Source: Heptranchias perlo (lineage: Eukaryota). From it: 64,000 nt of DNA. Made by a program: the position numbers and the translations under genes. The notes under the pieces were generated by a model, which ran no database searches, had not been told where the DNA came from, and saw only the letters and a list, made by a program, of their open reading frames with translations. The stretch is from assembly GCF_035084215.1 (NCBI RefSeq), contig NC_090331.1:63798001-63862000 (forward strand), in the 5' to 3' direction. Below are positions 1 through 13,773 of the stretch, piece by piece; within the stretch, counting starts at the first letter, position 1; the number at the start of each line of letters is the position of its first letter.

Positions 1-1274
1 TGCTCATTTGTGAACCGTGACTCACCAGGTGACAACCCAACTATCTAGCTAACAGAACCCACTGAAGTGCGAATATCTGCGCTGGTGCCTGGTAAGCTTG
101 TGTCCTGTGATCTTGCATCCTCAGAAGGAATCTGCTCCTCTGAGGAAACGCCGTCCGGTAGGCCCATGGGCTGCTGTTCTTCACGTGATGACCCTGAAGG
201 ATAAAAGAGACATATGAATTAATCATGGCAAAGTAAAAATGTTGCTACTTAGCGTAATTAAGGTGATCATATTTCACTCAGTGCTGAAATCAAGTCAGCA
301 AGACTAGTCTTGTATGAGACGTGGGTCACAGACATTTAATACTATCACCAGGCAGCTGCAAAGTCCCAGTCTCTCCATCTCCGATGATCAGGGACACAGA
401 GATGCCACTGATGTCCATGGCCTCTTCCTCTGCTGATATCAGTTGTACTATCTGTGGCGATCCACTTCCGGTCCTCTCCCTCTCCGTTGCATTTTGTGCT
501 CTCTTCTGCAACTGGGGAACGACAAACCTATGAGTGTAAGGCATGTGTTCACCCGACGGATACAAATACATCACAATTGCCACTGGCATGCATTTGAACA
601 TGTGTGTTTACAATCGGGTGAGCTGACTGAGGTGGCATCATGTTGCTATAAGGATTGGGGTGAATGGCAGTGGTAGATGGATAAATGAGGATGTGAGGAA
701 GTGCATAGAAAGTGAACGATGGGTGCTTTTCAAACTTAAGTGGCTGTGCGGAGTGATGTAATGGACAAGGCTTGACAAGACAGAGCGAGAGGGTGTACGA
801 CAAGATGTGGGTGAATCTGCAACTTGCTCACCTTTCCTGACTTGGTTAGGTCATTAAATCGCTTCCTGCACTGGATATGGGGCACTCCTATTGCTGACCT
901 CCTCAGCCACCTCTAACCACACCTTTTTGGTGACAGCAACAGGTTTTTACTTGCCGTTGCTTAAGAATATTACCTCCTTTCTGCACCTAGCAGTTCATCA
1001 AGTGACACATCATTGAAACAGGGTGTAGCATTTCATCGTCCTGAATCCATCTTCGAACTTTTCCAGCTCTGTACAAAGGCTTCCAACTCCTCCAAATTCC
1101 ATTTTTGCGTTGGCCTTTTAAATAGTCAAGTTGAGATCACGCATTGGAGATGTGAAATCTAATGAGCTATCCATGTTGAAATTGGACATTCCCACACGTC
1201 CAAACGTCTTCCAGGTTTCTCACCCGTTACCCCCCTCACCTCTGCTCAGAATGTGTCTCTGTATTATCAGGCCC
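1..1274 (-). mobile_element. Decayed PIF/Harbinger-like transposon with spliced Myb/SANT-like gene relic
   Basis: Exon 1050-832: PCFNDVSLDELL, TKKVWLEVAEEVS, IQCRKRFNDLTKSGK|GTGAGC with stops and frameshifts; next exon from 505: KRAQNATERERTGSG; candidate terminus GGGCC at 1274. Confidence 0.65.
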
Positions 1275-1929
1275 ATTAACTTCCTTCCCAGTCAAGGATG
1301 AGATACACAACAGGGAATCCTGTGGAACTGTACCTCAGCACAAATCATTGCTCTCAGGAGAGCAAAGGGGAGAAAATTAGCAGGAATATTTGAGAATTAA
1401 ACACTATATGAATTTTTTTTTTTAAAAGGCACAAGTATTACCTGCCTGAAGTACTTAGAAACATGAGTCTAGAAATCTGTGTGCAATGTTAGCTTAATGT
1501 GTTCATATGACATTACTTTGTCTGCTGTTTTAAGCATTTGTACACTAATATTGTAGTTATTTTCTAGGTTATGGTGCATCAAAATGTTTATCAGATTAAT
1601 AAAAACTCGCCAAACACTTCAACATAAAGACTCACTTGCATTATGATGTGCCACGAAAACATCACATCACCTGCCCATACAGATCATTGAAATCAGCTTT
1701 TGTTGCTAGTTTAAAAACCTGAGTTTAATCAGGTGTTTTTCAGGGTTTTGTTTTGCGTCAAAAACCAGATGAAAATTGGTGGGGGTGGGGGTGGGGGTGG
1801 AAATTGTAATCCAAAAAACTCAGGTAATTTTTTTAAAATCAATTTTTATTTAAACATCGCTAAAACTCAAGTAAATAAGCAGTAGACTAATAAAAAGGCA
1901 TGGTCACGTTAAACCATAATTATTACAAG

Positions 1930-2892
1930 TTACCTGATCCAGATGGGATACAACCTAGGTTACTGAGGGAAGTAAGGGTGGAAATTGCAGAGGTCCTGGC
2001 CACAATCTTCCAATCCTCCTTAGATATTGGGGTGGTGCCAGAGGACTGGAGAATTGCAAATGTTACACCCCTGTTCAAAAAAGGGTGTAAGGATAAACCT
2101 GGCAACTATAGGCTAGTCAGTTTAGCCTCAGTGGTGGGGAAGCTTTTGGAAATGATAATCCAGGACAAAATTAACAGGCACTTGGACAATTAATAAAGGA
2201 AAGCCAGCACGGATTTGTTAAAGGCATATCGTGTTTAACTAACTTGAGTTTTTTGATGAGGTAACAGAGAGGGTTGATGAGGGCAATGAGGTTGATGTTG
2301 TGTATATGGACTCTGAAAAGGCATTTGATAAAGTGCCACATAATAGGCTTGTCAGCAAAATTGAAGCCCATGGAATAAAAGGGACAATGGCAGCATGGAT
2401 ACGAAATTGGCTAAGTGACAGGAAACGGAGAGCAGTGATGAACAGTTGTTTTTCGGACTGGAGGAAGGTATACAGTGGTGTTCCCCAGGGATCGGTACTA
2501 GGACCACTGGTTTTTATGAAATATATTAATGACTTGGATGTACAGGACACAATTTCAAAATTTGCAGATGTCACAAAACTTGGAAGTGTAGTGAACAGTG
2601 AGGAGGATAGTAGTAGACTTCAAGAGGACATAGTCAGGCTGGTGGAATGGGCGGACATATGGCAGATGAAATTTGACACAGAAGTACAAAGTAATACATT
2701 TTGGCAGGAAGAATGAGGAGAGGCAATATAAACTAAATGCTACAATTCTAAAGGGGGTGCAGGTACAGAGAGACCTGGGGATATACGTGCACAAATCTTT
2801 GAAGGTGGCAGGACTGGTTGAGAAAGCGGTTTAAAAAAGCATATGGGATCCTGGGCTTTATAAACAGAGGCATAGAGTACAAAAGCAAGGAA
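1930..2892 (+). mobile_element. CR1 LINE ORF2 RT fragment, decayed
   Basis: [44 protein letters not shown]. Confidence 0.88.
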
Positions 2893-2896
2893 GACA

Positions 2897-3520
2897 GGGA
2901 ATTAAAATGGCAAGCGACCGGGTCACGCTTGCGGACTAAGCAGAGGTCACTTAGCAGAGGTCACTTGCCATTTTAATTCCCTGTCCCACTCCCACTCTGT
3001 TCTCGGCCTCTTACACTGTTCCAATGAAGCTCAGAGGAAGTTTGAGGAATAACACCTCATCTTTCATTTAGGCACTTTACAACCTTCTGGACTCAACACT
3101 GATTTCAATAACTTCAGATCATAACCACTGCTCCCATTTTTTCAGACAGCATGTGCTGGTAATGGTTCTGCTGTTGCCATTTACAACTCCTCTAGACCCA
3201 TTTTTTGTTTCTTTACTCGTCCCATTATCACCCTCCTTGCCTTGCACCATCATCTCATTTGTCATTTAATCACTCGTGCCCTCCACCCCATCAAAGACCT
3301 TCCCTTTTGTTCTTTCCTCCCCTCCCTCTCCCTCGTTCCCTGGCTCTGTACTTGCTTAAAAACTGTTTAATCTTCAACTTCTACCAGTTCTGACAAAGGG
3401 TCATCGACCTGAAATGTTAACTGTTTCTTTCTCCACAGATGCTGCCCGACTTGCTGAGTATTTCCAGTATTTTCTGTTTTTATTTCAGATTTCCAGCATC
3501 TGCAGTATTTTGCTTTTGTA
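2897..3520 (+). mobile_element. Penelope-like element family 2, 3' fragment with short 5' inversion and degenerate hammerhead
   Basis: Decayed GIY-YIG C-terminus; CAGTT-CTGACAA...GAAATGTT-AACTG at about 3385-3423; homologous to 33225-34315. Confidence 0.75.
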
Positions 3521-6500
3521 TTCAAATATGTTTTGCATCAACTGATCTGATGGGATGCAGAATGATACACAGAGATTGCAATCGCACACTAAGCACGAGT
3601 GCAGACAAGAGTTTTGATTGGGCCTTATTTCTGCACAGAGATGTAGATGCATTAAGTCTGTGATGTCAGCACAGCACAAAATGCACATGCTGATATCACA
3701 GTTGCGATACATGGGCATTGCAGGAGGCAATTTTAAGAAAATAACTGGAACTTTTGGAGGCAAATTTGAGAAGAAATCACTTTTACCAATCCACTACTCC
3801 TCCTTACAAATGGGAATTTTTGGTGGAAATTAGTTAAAAAATCAATTTTAATAATCCTTACTGGTCCACAAAGTCATTGTGCCCAAAAAAAATTAGCCGG
3901 TTCCCTCTGCCCCAGCCAATAAATACCTCTTTAACTAGAATGTTTCTCTAATCACTGAATGGGTAAATATACTGCCCAATATGCTAGAGCCATACAGATC
4001 AAGAAGTTCAAGATCCAATCTCAAGTGTTGAGTTAGCTGATTTTTGCCAGGGTGACAAGTGGAGGCACTAAAATTGGCCTCAGTGCCCCGAGGAAAAAAA
4101 ATCAGTCAGGCTTCCTTGCTCCTGATTTCTATCCTTGATCCTTTTTGGGAACTATACATGTGAACGTTAAGCGAGGATAGGTTCAGTCACCATTACTGTC
4201 CAGGTTGGCAGGTTCAGAATGACTACTTCTTAGGTGCAGTACTGGAGAGCTGCCAACACCTTTAAAACTGTACCCCAGCATGAATCGGCACCTTCAGGAC
4301 ACAGGAAAATAAAAATGGACGGGAAAGTTAGAAGAACAAAATAATAAGTCAACTCATATCTATCTCTGGGTCACAAAGTTGTTCCAAAAGTATAAAACAG
4401 TACAGTATTGGTTTCTAAGCACCTTAAACAGTTTTGATTTGTTCTGTAATTGACACGGAAAATATTTTTGAATCTGTGCAGCAAGCTCATTAAGGAGATA
4501 AAGGAACATTCCCTCAAAGTAGGTTCACATTGAAACTGATATGATTTTGAGGCCAAAAACAACTTTGTGTCACTTTTACATTTGTAACAATACAAATAAT
4601 TGCAAGCTCCTTACTTTCTTTGCCTTTTTTCTTCCCAAGAACACCAACTGAAGGCCTCACCCAAGTCACCAATCACAGTGGAGGTCAATCCTGTTCTCAT
4701 GCAACGTGCACACTTTCCAGCACTGGATGATAATTAGGAGTGACAACCTGCTCTCAGCCTGGTCAGTAGATTGGGTTTTACAGTTGGCTTTGGGGGCCAA
4801 TTGCTGTGCTGACTAAAATCCAAAAACTCAGCACAGCCCGAGAATCAAGTCTGCATTCTTCTAGTCTGTATGGCTTAGTACTACAGTAGGGTCTGGTTTT
4901 ACCCAATTTGGTATTAGGGAGAGCTGTTCTATAGTTTTGCTTGTCCGATTTCTTTGAGCAGAGTTAGTTTGGATGGTAAGTATCACATCCAGTAATTGTG
5001 AGTTGCTAATAATCCCTTCCACAGTCCTCATTTGTCAGCTTTGTGTCAGGGTAAGGAAGAACTTCCAAAATAGCAGATATATGAAGTAAGGATATACTAA
5101 GATTAATTGGACAGATTTGATTTGTTCCAAAAATCCAAAAATTTATTCAGAGCTCTTCACAAAGCATTGGAAAGCAAGTAGTATATAGTATTTTTTTTCC
5201 TGTTGGCCAAGAGGACTGTTGGGAGGTTACACAAAAACAAAAGACAGGTTCCCCCACCTCCTCCTCTGTGAGAAAGCACAGAACATTTGAACAAGAGTAA
5301 GCCATTTACCCCACTGAATCTGCTCCACCATTTCCTTAGCCACAGTAAGGTCCAAATCAGAACATAGGGGAGTACTTGGCTTCCACTCAGTGCAGCACTA
5401 ATTAAATTGAGTTTTGCAACTGTGAATCCATGAGTTATCACTCTGTAGCACAGTGCACTGAAATCCAATGTGAAGCCTGAGCATGCAGTGTTTAGTTAAT
5501 TTTACTGTATTCTTACCGGAACCAGAAAGGAATGCATTTTGAAAATTTCTGAACTTGAAATCAAAGTATGACAATTTACACATCACTCCATTAAGCACAA
5601 TTCTCTTTATAATAATATTTATGCAACAAACAAATGTTGCTGTTTTTATTTTACTTATTTGTGTGGAACATTTTTTTATTTCAATTAAATATTTTTGCTC
5701 AAGTTCAAATTTTGAACTTCACTTCTTTCCTACATTGAAAAATTGTATAATATTAAGATTTTTCTTTAAAGTCGAGCACACTAGTTCTGTAGATCTTCAC
5801 TAGCAGTTTTAACTTTTTATTTACTCCAATAGGACAAGAGAAAGCTGACTTTACAGAAACAAAAAGGCAAGGGAAAACAGGATCCCAACTCATTTAAACT
5901 GACATTATTTTTTTTTAATATCCAAATTCCACATTTTAGACCATAAATTAACTGCAGTCGAACATGATGTACTGCACAGGGACATGGTAGGTCTAAAGCT
6001 TAACAGAAGGCAACTGATCTGCTTCCAGGCCTCTACAATTACCAGTTTATCAGCTGGGTAGGAAAGCAACAATGCCCTGGGTGACTCTACTTTTGATTTC
6101 TCCTCTTCTCCCTATTGACAACATACACCTGTAAAACTTTTGCACATAATCTACAACCTGAACTTTTTACCCATTTGACTAACAGTTTCAGGTGAAAACA
6201 TTTCAACTCTTTTGTGAAAATGTTAGCATACAAGGTTACATTCCCTGTGCTCTCAGCAGGGCGTCACACTTGAAGGGACAACAGTTTTGTAGCCCTATCT
6301 CTAACCTGCACTTCCTTTGAACACAGCTCCCCACTGGCACTGCAAGATTAGGGAATTTATTCCATGTCATACACACCTGGGGTTGAGGTCCATTTTTCTG
6401 GTAAAATGATGCCCATTATATATAAAGGTTTCACATTTAATGTACATCCATTGCATTCTAAAAACACTGAACTCCATAGTGTCACATTGTGTTGCAGATG

Positions 6501-7368
6501 AAAACAATCTTAAAAGCCAGTCATTTCATGACAAGTATTTCTGAACTGCAGCCAGAAATTTACAAGCAGAAACAATTTCTCTAACTGAAATCAGGAATTA
6601 TAAGCAGCTACTACTATCTTGAACCTATTTAGACCACTTACCCATAGGGAATAATTTTAAAAGTAGAGGCCAGATTAAACACAACTCCATTTTAGCACTA
6701 AACATTACAATAGTGCTCCAGACACACGCTACTGTGAACAATGCCACAAGATCTGCCATTCTAAGTTTTGACACTTCAGACGTTACATTCCAGAAGTCAC
6801 ACTTCACAGTGTTAAAAAATGTTTAAAGAGAGGCAACCATTTGAGATTGTTTTACTTGATCTGGGGCTAGGAATTTACAAGCATCTTTCAATTGGCAAGC
6901 TTTGCTCATCAACAGCAATTAAACACTGAGTAACCTCAGGCTGTGTTCACTTACAGCAACTTAAAAGGATAGGCCAGTTAAAATATAGTTCCACTTTAGC
7001 AGCAGAAAAATAAATTCTGGGATACATGGTATAACAGACCCATCATATAAAACAGCTTTATCATCCAACTTACAATGAGCAACGCCACAGGTGATTTCCT
7101 AGGCTACATTAAATGCTGTTATCTTTACACCAGATGCAACGAAAAAGAGCCTTGGTTACTTGAATATTGGAATTTTCACTCACTTGTTAAATATCCTCAT
7201 TGGTTTTTTGATATTTCAAACAAGCACATTTTGTTAACTTAGCAATTTATAATGTAGTGGAATACAATATGCATGTATTTATTTTAAAATCAAGAACAGT
7301 GTAGTTTCCTCAGTTCTGATCAATGCTCTGTTTCCTAAAATGACAGACACCCAGAGAAGCCCTATTAT

Positions 7369-7447
7369 TCATATCTTCAATTTAAGATAAGGAACACTGA
7401 GGGCTGCTTTCTTGACTTGTTCCGAAAAATCTATTCCAAGAGGGGCT
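7369..7447 (-). CDS. OSGEPL1: OSGEPL1 last coding exon
   Basis: TGTAG acceptor; APLGIDFSEQVKKAALSVPYLKLKI-TGA; seven exons sum to 1218 nt = 405 aa + stop. Confidence 0.9.
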
Positions 7448-7683
7448 CTACAAAACAAAATAAGTGACAGCAAATTAAGTTAGCAATAACAGCAATGCAT
7501 TTTTATTTTACTTACTTCTGTATTTGCTTGCTTTAAAATGATATTATTCAGCCATAGATTTGCAACAACATTGAAAATAATTCTTAAAAAGTGTAAGTTC
7601 AAAATGAAAAAATATATCCATTACTCAAAACTCAGTTATTTAAGGATTGTGATTTAAAAGAAACTAAAAGCTTTGTTACTTAC

Positions 7684-7755
7684 TTCGGCTCATAGCGAAT
7701 TGCTTTTGGATTATGTAGAACGTCTATTCCTGCTCGAAGTCTCTCAATACCATTC
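7684..7755 (-). CDS. OSGEPL1: OSGEPL1 coding exon 6
   Basis: NGIERLRAGIDVLHNPKAIRYEPK; CTCAG / GTAAGT. Confidence 0.92.
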
Positions 7756-8019
7756 CTGAGAACACAGAAATATGGTATCACTGCAGGTGTGCACCATTTT
7801 AACTATTGTACATGACCTGATGGGAGTCAAACACACTGTTTTCAGAATCTGTTTAATACCAGAAAATGAGGAGCTTATAATAAAAGTGATGATTAAATAA
7901 AAAGCTCAGTAAAATATACATAATAGAAACCCAGAATATTTAAAGGCCTTTATGAATCCATTTTGTGTTTAAGGTCTCCCATTAGATAAGATGATTGATG
8001 TGGAATAAAATTGATCAAA

Positions 8020-8560
8020 GGGTGAAGAGAATACTGACCTATGTAGCCAAAGCAGTAGATTACAAGTCAGGGGAAGTTATGTTTAAACTATAACCTAGTC
8101 AAATCACACCCTAAATATTGTATTCAGTTTTGGGCCGCAAGATACAAGGAAGACATTCAAGCCTCGGAGGCAGTGCAAGGAAGAACCATGAGACTAGATT
8201 CAGGTGACTCAGTTATAAGAATAGATTGGACAAACTTGGGCTTTTCAATCATGAAAGGAGATGACCTCGTAAAAGATAGTAAGCAGCACAGAAAAGGTAA
8301 ATCTGGGGCACTAATTCAAATCAAAACATGACAGTAGGATAAAAGGACACAGGTTCAAATTAGCATTGAATTTAGGGCTGATATCAGGAAACTGTTCGTC
8401 ATACAAAGATTGATCAACTTTGGGAATGGACTCTAGGGTAGGGGAATGAAGAAGAAAACCCTGGAATCATTTACAAAGCAGTTAAACTCCGTGGTGAGTG
8501 GACTACAGGGTTTTACTTGGTTGGATGAGCTAAGATGTGCCTTTCTCATCTGTAATTATT
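8020..8560 (+). mobile_element. Old CR1 3' fragment in an OSGEPL1 intron
   Basis: AAATATTGTATTCAGTTTTGGG (YCxQFW) and AGGACACAGGTTCAAA (RGH-type) remnants. Confidence 0.55.
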
Positions 8561-9441
8561 TTGTGACTGTCTGATGACAATGTTTTCAACCTTTGTTAAA
8601 GGGCAGATTCACTATATTTCCAACATTAACTTTATTGAAATTTGTGTGAGATGTGTCATTTTCAATAAATAATTTATTAAAATGTATATAACTGAGTATA
8701 TGTTATGAAATTGTACACTTTGATTGCTTGCTGCTCTGTGCACTGATGCATTAGATTTGTTTGCATGACTGCACATGCTCTGAGAACAATGCATATTTAA
8801 GGACTGAAGTAATTTGTTTACTCTTGGACCTTGGGGTTCATTTAGGTAGGGAGGGCAGAAACAAGGGAATAAAGCTATAGATTATACAATAGAAGGATTG
8901 TACAGCTGGAAGAAGACAACTCAACAACAATTCACATTTATATATCACCTTCAGTGTAGAAAAACGTCCCAATAAATAAAGTCTGCGAAGACTGTAAATA
9001 GTTGTCCTATTCAGGTGTGTCCAATTATTAATTTTTTTTTTAAAGTACAAAATTTTAAATCACCACATCAAACATTTCCTAGCTTGTAAACAGTTACGGT
9101 ACCACGGAGGTCATTTTAACCTAACTCTCCGGGTGGGAAACCTACGGGATCGGGCGGAACGCTGGTTTTGCACCCTGCCCAATATTACTGTCCATTGATG
9201 ATTCCAGCTGAAAGGAATTGTCCAACTTACCCAGGTGAAATTCCTCACTTTCTGGAATACTACAAAAAAAAACTGGGCAGCTGTCGCACATTTATGACGA
9301 AGAAGAAAACTTGGGAACTTCAAGGTTTATACTTTTTTGATTCAAGGTTTCCAGAAAATGACTAAGTTTTAAGATGACCACAAGAATACTTCATTGTATG
9401 CAATATTTCAAAGTAAGATTAAGACTATTTATTGCTCTCAC

Positions 9442-9572
9442 CATGCAATCATGATGCCATTGTCTGTGCAAAGCTTAGGAGGAGGGCAATGCAGTGAGAC
9501 TCCATTTGCTTCAGCTATTATCCGAAGAGCTTTTCTGATGTATTCATTACAGGCCACTCCCCCTGAAACCAC
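9442..9572 (-). CDS. OSGEPL1: OSGEPL1 coding exon 5 (absent from ORF track)
   Basis: [13 protein letters not shown]...[16 protein letters not shown] carries the GGVxxN and TDNG motifs; CTCAG / GTGAGA. Confidence 0.95.
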
Positions 9573-10332
9573 CTGAGATGAAAGTAAGGAATATATATGA
9601 ATAGATGTTCTACAAATGGAAATGTATATCTTTCAAAAATTGGTTTCTCATGGGCTTTACAATGTTTATTTCCTGTTGTGAAATACAAGTTACTAACTAT
9701 GGTCCTATGTTAATGAATACAAATTTAATGCTGTTTGTAAAATCCCCCTTTAATTCCCCAGCCAGCAGGGCATGTAGGTGATCTGCTCCCAGGCCTCTGC
9801 AAATGCTACTCCAATTGATGAGTAAAAAGTATACAAAATTAGCACAAGTTAAATCACTTTTCAATTTGTTCCCTCTATATGTGAAACCATTTTGCCTTCC
9901 CATGTAGACTAGGTCTGAAATTTGCGATGTGCAGACCCCATCACTCTGACTAAAATGCTTTTCATGAGCACAATGTTTTAGTGAAAGCAAGATTCCCTCT
10001 TACTTTTTAATTTTTCTCCCCCCTCTAATTAATTAGGTCTCTACATGCCACTCATCATCCACCTCTGAGAAAGCAGATGATGGGACGATGTCAGGCCTCG
10101 GTAAAGCTGGGGTGAAACTAGTCACAAGAGCATGTGACTCCCTCTGCTTTCCCTCCTAGTAGAGAAGTGCCTGAGATTCACTGAGAATTTCCCAATGGTG
10201 CCACAGCTAAGGTTGGCAACTCAGCTGGGGAGACTCTAGAAGCACCAATCCATATCCTATCATTCTATGGTGCCATGACCAATATATTTTATTATTACCA
10301 AGTTAAATGTAGGTACACTATGAGGTACTAAC

Positions 10333-10481
10333 CAAGATTGGATTTTTTTGAGGCAACAAACCTTCCTTCTTACAGAAGAGAATGGCTCGATGTGTACGTT
10401 TTGCTAGGTGAGCAGCCACTGTATGTTGTACAGCAGCAGCAATGTCATTCACACATGACAGCATCTGTCCCTCCTGGAGAC
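10333..10481 (-). CDS. OSGEPL1: OSGEPL1 coding exon 4 (absent from ORF track)
   Basis: Hand translation (G)LQEGQMLSCVNDIAAAVQHTVAAHLAKRTHRAILFC...PIL; CCAG acceptor, GTTAGT donor. Confidence 0.93.
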
Positions 10482-10583
10482 CTGGTTAACAAATATACCT
10501 AACTTTATACAGTACACAAAAGAGTACTTGAGTGAGTCAGCACTGTCTGCCACATTAAGTAGAAATATAAAAGACTGACAAAC

Positions 10584-10788
10584 CTTCTTCCCTTTCCTTT
10601 TTGATAATTATTTGATTGACTTGATTGCGGAGACCAGTAAAGGAAAAGTCACAGTCCAGGTGCTGGGCCATAGGCTGCGTTAATTGAACATGTAATCGGT
10701 TTCCCATTTTGGCCAAATACTCAATGGCTTCACCCCCACTCATTGTAGAGCATGCTGGGTGATTTCTGAGGGACAGTCTTCTTGCAAC
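10584..10788 (-). CDS. OSGEPL1: OSGEPL1 coding exon 3
   Basis: CTCAG|VARRL...SGGEAIEYLA...CDFSFTGLRN...EE G|GTTTGT; phases match neighbouring exons. Confidence 0.94.
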
Positions 10789-11222
10789 CTGAGAAGAAAC
10801 ATCTTTGTGGTTTAAAACAGTTACTTTAAAAAAACAGTATTGCTACTATTTTCTAAACCAAGAGTTTTTGTGCATGTGATTTGTAATGTGATCAGAAGTG
10901 ACCATAAGGTTGGTAGTCCTTGAGTATTTGCTTCTGTTGTTTTATATTCACTTAAGGCAGCCACCTCAAGCTATTCTTATAGTAAGGCGCTACATTATAC
11001 CTCCTTTTCTCATATTTAAAAACATTTTAATACGGTTCAGAATCACACAGATCTATTTTTTGAATTTGCATTCTTTAAAGCACACTACTTCGTAACAATT
11101 TTTACGACAAAATAATACTGCAGTTTTGACAAGAAAAATTCCTGGAGCATCTCACAAAATTAAAATACCTTTTAACCAAACCGTGGTGGGTAGACAAAAC
11201 TGAGTAAATAACTAAATATCAT

Positions 11223-13146
11223 GAGGTGGAATTTCCTGTGTATTTGCACCCAAAGACATGTGTAATCTGGGGGGGGGGTAAAGCAAATATCCAGTGTAAA
11301 AGATCGAGGAAACTCAGGCAAGAGTGTGTTGCGCATGTAATTACGCTACGCCCGAATTTCCTCGCTCTTTTATGCCTGTCTATCGATTCCTGCACCGAAC
11401 GCATCTCGGTTCATTAATGGCTCTGCCCCTAGGCTAAAGAGGTGAGGTGAGGTGAGACTGCCCTTGACATCAAGGCAGCATTTGACAGAGTGTGGCACCA
11501 AGGAGCCCTAGTAAAATTGAAGTCAATGGGAATCAGGGGGAAAACTCTCCAGTGGCTGGAGTCATACCTAGCACAAAGGAAGATGGTAGTGGTTGTTGGA
11601 GGCCAATCATCTCAGCCCCAGGACATTGCTGCAGGAGTTCCTCCAGGCAGTGTCCTAGGCCCAACCATCTTCAGCTGCTTCATCAATGACCTTCCCTCCA
11701 TCATAAGGTCAGAAATGGGGATGTTCGCTGATGATTGCTCAGTGTTCAGTTCCATTCGCAACTCCTCAAATAATGAAGCAGTCCGAGCCCGCATGCAGCA
11801 AGACCTGGACAACATCCAGGCTTGGGCTCAGAAGTTGCAAGTAACATTCGCGCCAGATAAGTGCCAGGCAACGACCATCTCCAACAAGAGAGAGTCTAAC
11901 CACCTCCCCTTGACATTCAACGGCATTACCATCGCCGAATCCTCCACCGTCAACATCCTGGGGGTCACCATTGACCAGAAACTTTACTAGACCAGCCATA
12001 TAAATACTGTGGCTACGAGAGCAGGTCAGAGGCTGGGTATTCTGCAGCGAGTGACTCACCTCCTGACTCCCCAAAGCCTTTCCACCATCTACAAGGCACA
12101 AGTCAGGAGTGTGATGGAATACTCTCCACTTGCTTGGATGAGTGCAGCTCCAACAACACTCAAGAAGCTCGACGCCATCCAAGATAAAGCAGCCCGCTTG
12201 ATTGGCACCCCATCCACCACCCTAAACATTCACTCCCTTCACCACCGGCGCACTGTGGCTGCAGTGTGTACCATCCACAGAATGCACTGCAGCAACTCGC
12301 CAAGGCTTCTTCGACAGCACCTCCCAAACCCGCGACCTCTACCACCTAGAAGGACAAGAGCAGCAGGCACATGGGAACAACATCACCTGCATGTTCCCCT
12401 CCAAGTCACACACCATCCCGACTTGCAAATATATTGCTGTTCCTTCATCGTTGCTGGGTCAAAATCCTGGAACTCCCTTCCTAACAGCACTGTGGGAGAA
12501 CTGTCACCACCCGGACTGCAGCGGTTCAAGAAGGTGGCTCACCACCACCTTCTCAAGGGCAATTAGGGATGGGCAATAAATGCCGGCCTCACCAGCGACG
12601 TCCACATCCCATGAACGAATAAAAAAAATGTACACACGAATTTCCTGCAAATTTGCAGCTTCAAAACGGTAACAGGTTGAGTTAATCCCAGAATTTTAGG
12701 TGTAGTAGGAAACAAAGTTATTTTTCTGGTGGTTTATTACAATTTTTTGAGCAATTTTTTTAATCCTCACTGAAACCTGCACGGTATTTTCGGTTTCTTT
12801 GAATGCATTTTTATGGCATCAGAACAAATCAGATTAAAAATTCACAAGCTTCCCTGATTGCATGGTCTGAAACTTGCTGTGCCTAATGTGCATAAGTGAT
12901 GGTTAGATGGCTTGAAACTTTAGTTTGGTACTTAAAAAAGGAATTTATAGTGTGAGTTCAGTGCTTTCCTCTGGCCCCAATTGTTTAGACTCATTTCTGC
13001 TTATTTACGCCCATTTTTACATTCTAGCGTATAGTAATGAGATTGGCAGGAAATTTGGGTGTAAATAGACATCGGTACAATGGGCGCATGAAAGGGCGTA
13101 ATTTCAGGTGTAACTTCCCAATTACGCCCCACAGGAAATTCCACCC
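11223..13146. mobile_element. Non-autonomous TIR DNA element (Harbinger-like) hosting the 11450-12628 LINE
   Basis: GGTGGAATTTCCTGTG (11225-11240) is the exact reverse complement of 13130-13145. Confidence 0.65.
11450..12628 (+). mobile_element. CR1/L2-group LINE, 5'-truncated RT fragment with poly(A) end
   Basis: LDIKAAFDRVWH, GVPPGSVLGP, FADD; ends ATGAACGAATAAAAAAAA. Confidence 0.88.
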
Positions 13147-13773
13147 ATAACACTTAGATTTAAATACAAAATGTCTGAACTGATGTTTCTGTAATTACTA
13201 CATATATAAATTTTAGAAAATTACTTCAATTGCCATCTAATTTGTAGAACGATAAATCCATTAATTACATAATGTGATCTAGGCTTGCTACTTATTACCC
13301 AAGAGTTGAAAAGTTCTAATTAGTTAGACTTTACCCAGTGTAGTAAACCACTGAACATCTGAGGAAACCAAATTTAAAATATGTATAATGAATGAAGAAT
13401 GTGCTTGGTATATTCACCTACAGTCTACTCCTTTTAATTCAAAGTTGTTTAATTTAAATTATCTGATAACTCAATTTTTGGCACTAAATTCCTACTTAGC
13501 TGTCTCACTTGCATTACTAAATTCAAATTGCTGGATAATTCAAATTCTTTTAGTACAAAAATGACTGAAATATCAGTAGACTGTACATTTGTTGATTATT
13601 TGCTTTAAGTTGAAGTTTAAAACATAATAACGCTTTTTGCCGATCCTTAGATTCTCAGACATAGATTGTGCAATTAGTCATTAATAAATAAAAGTTTGAA
13701 TGTCCTTCAAATTACAGTGACAATATCTTACAAATTGATCACTGCTGATTTTAAAGTTCTACTCTATACATAC

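Noticed and set aside
3960-4920. Additional old SINE-like fragments (also near 10170-10300 and 62440-62580)
   Set aside because: Mutual similarity is visible but too decayed to delimit or name without alignment.
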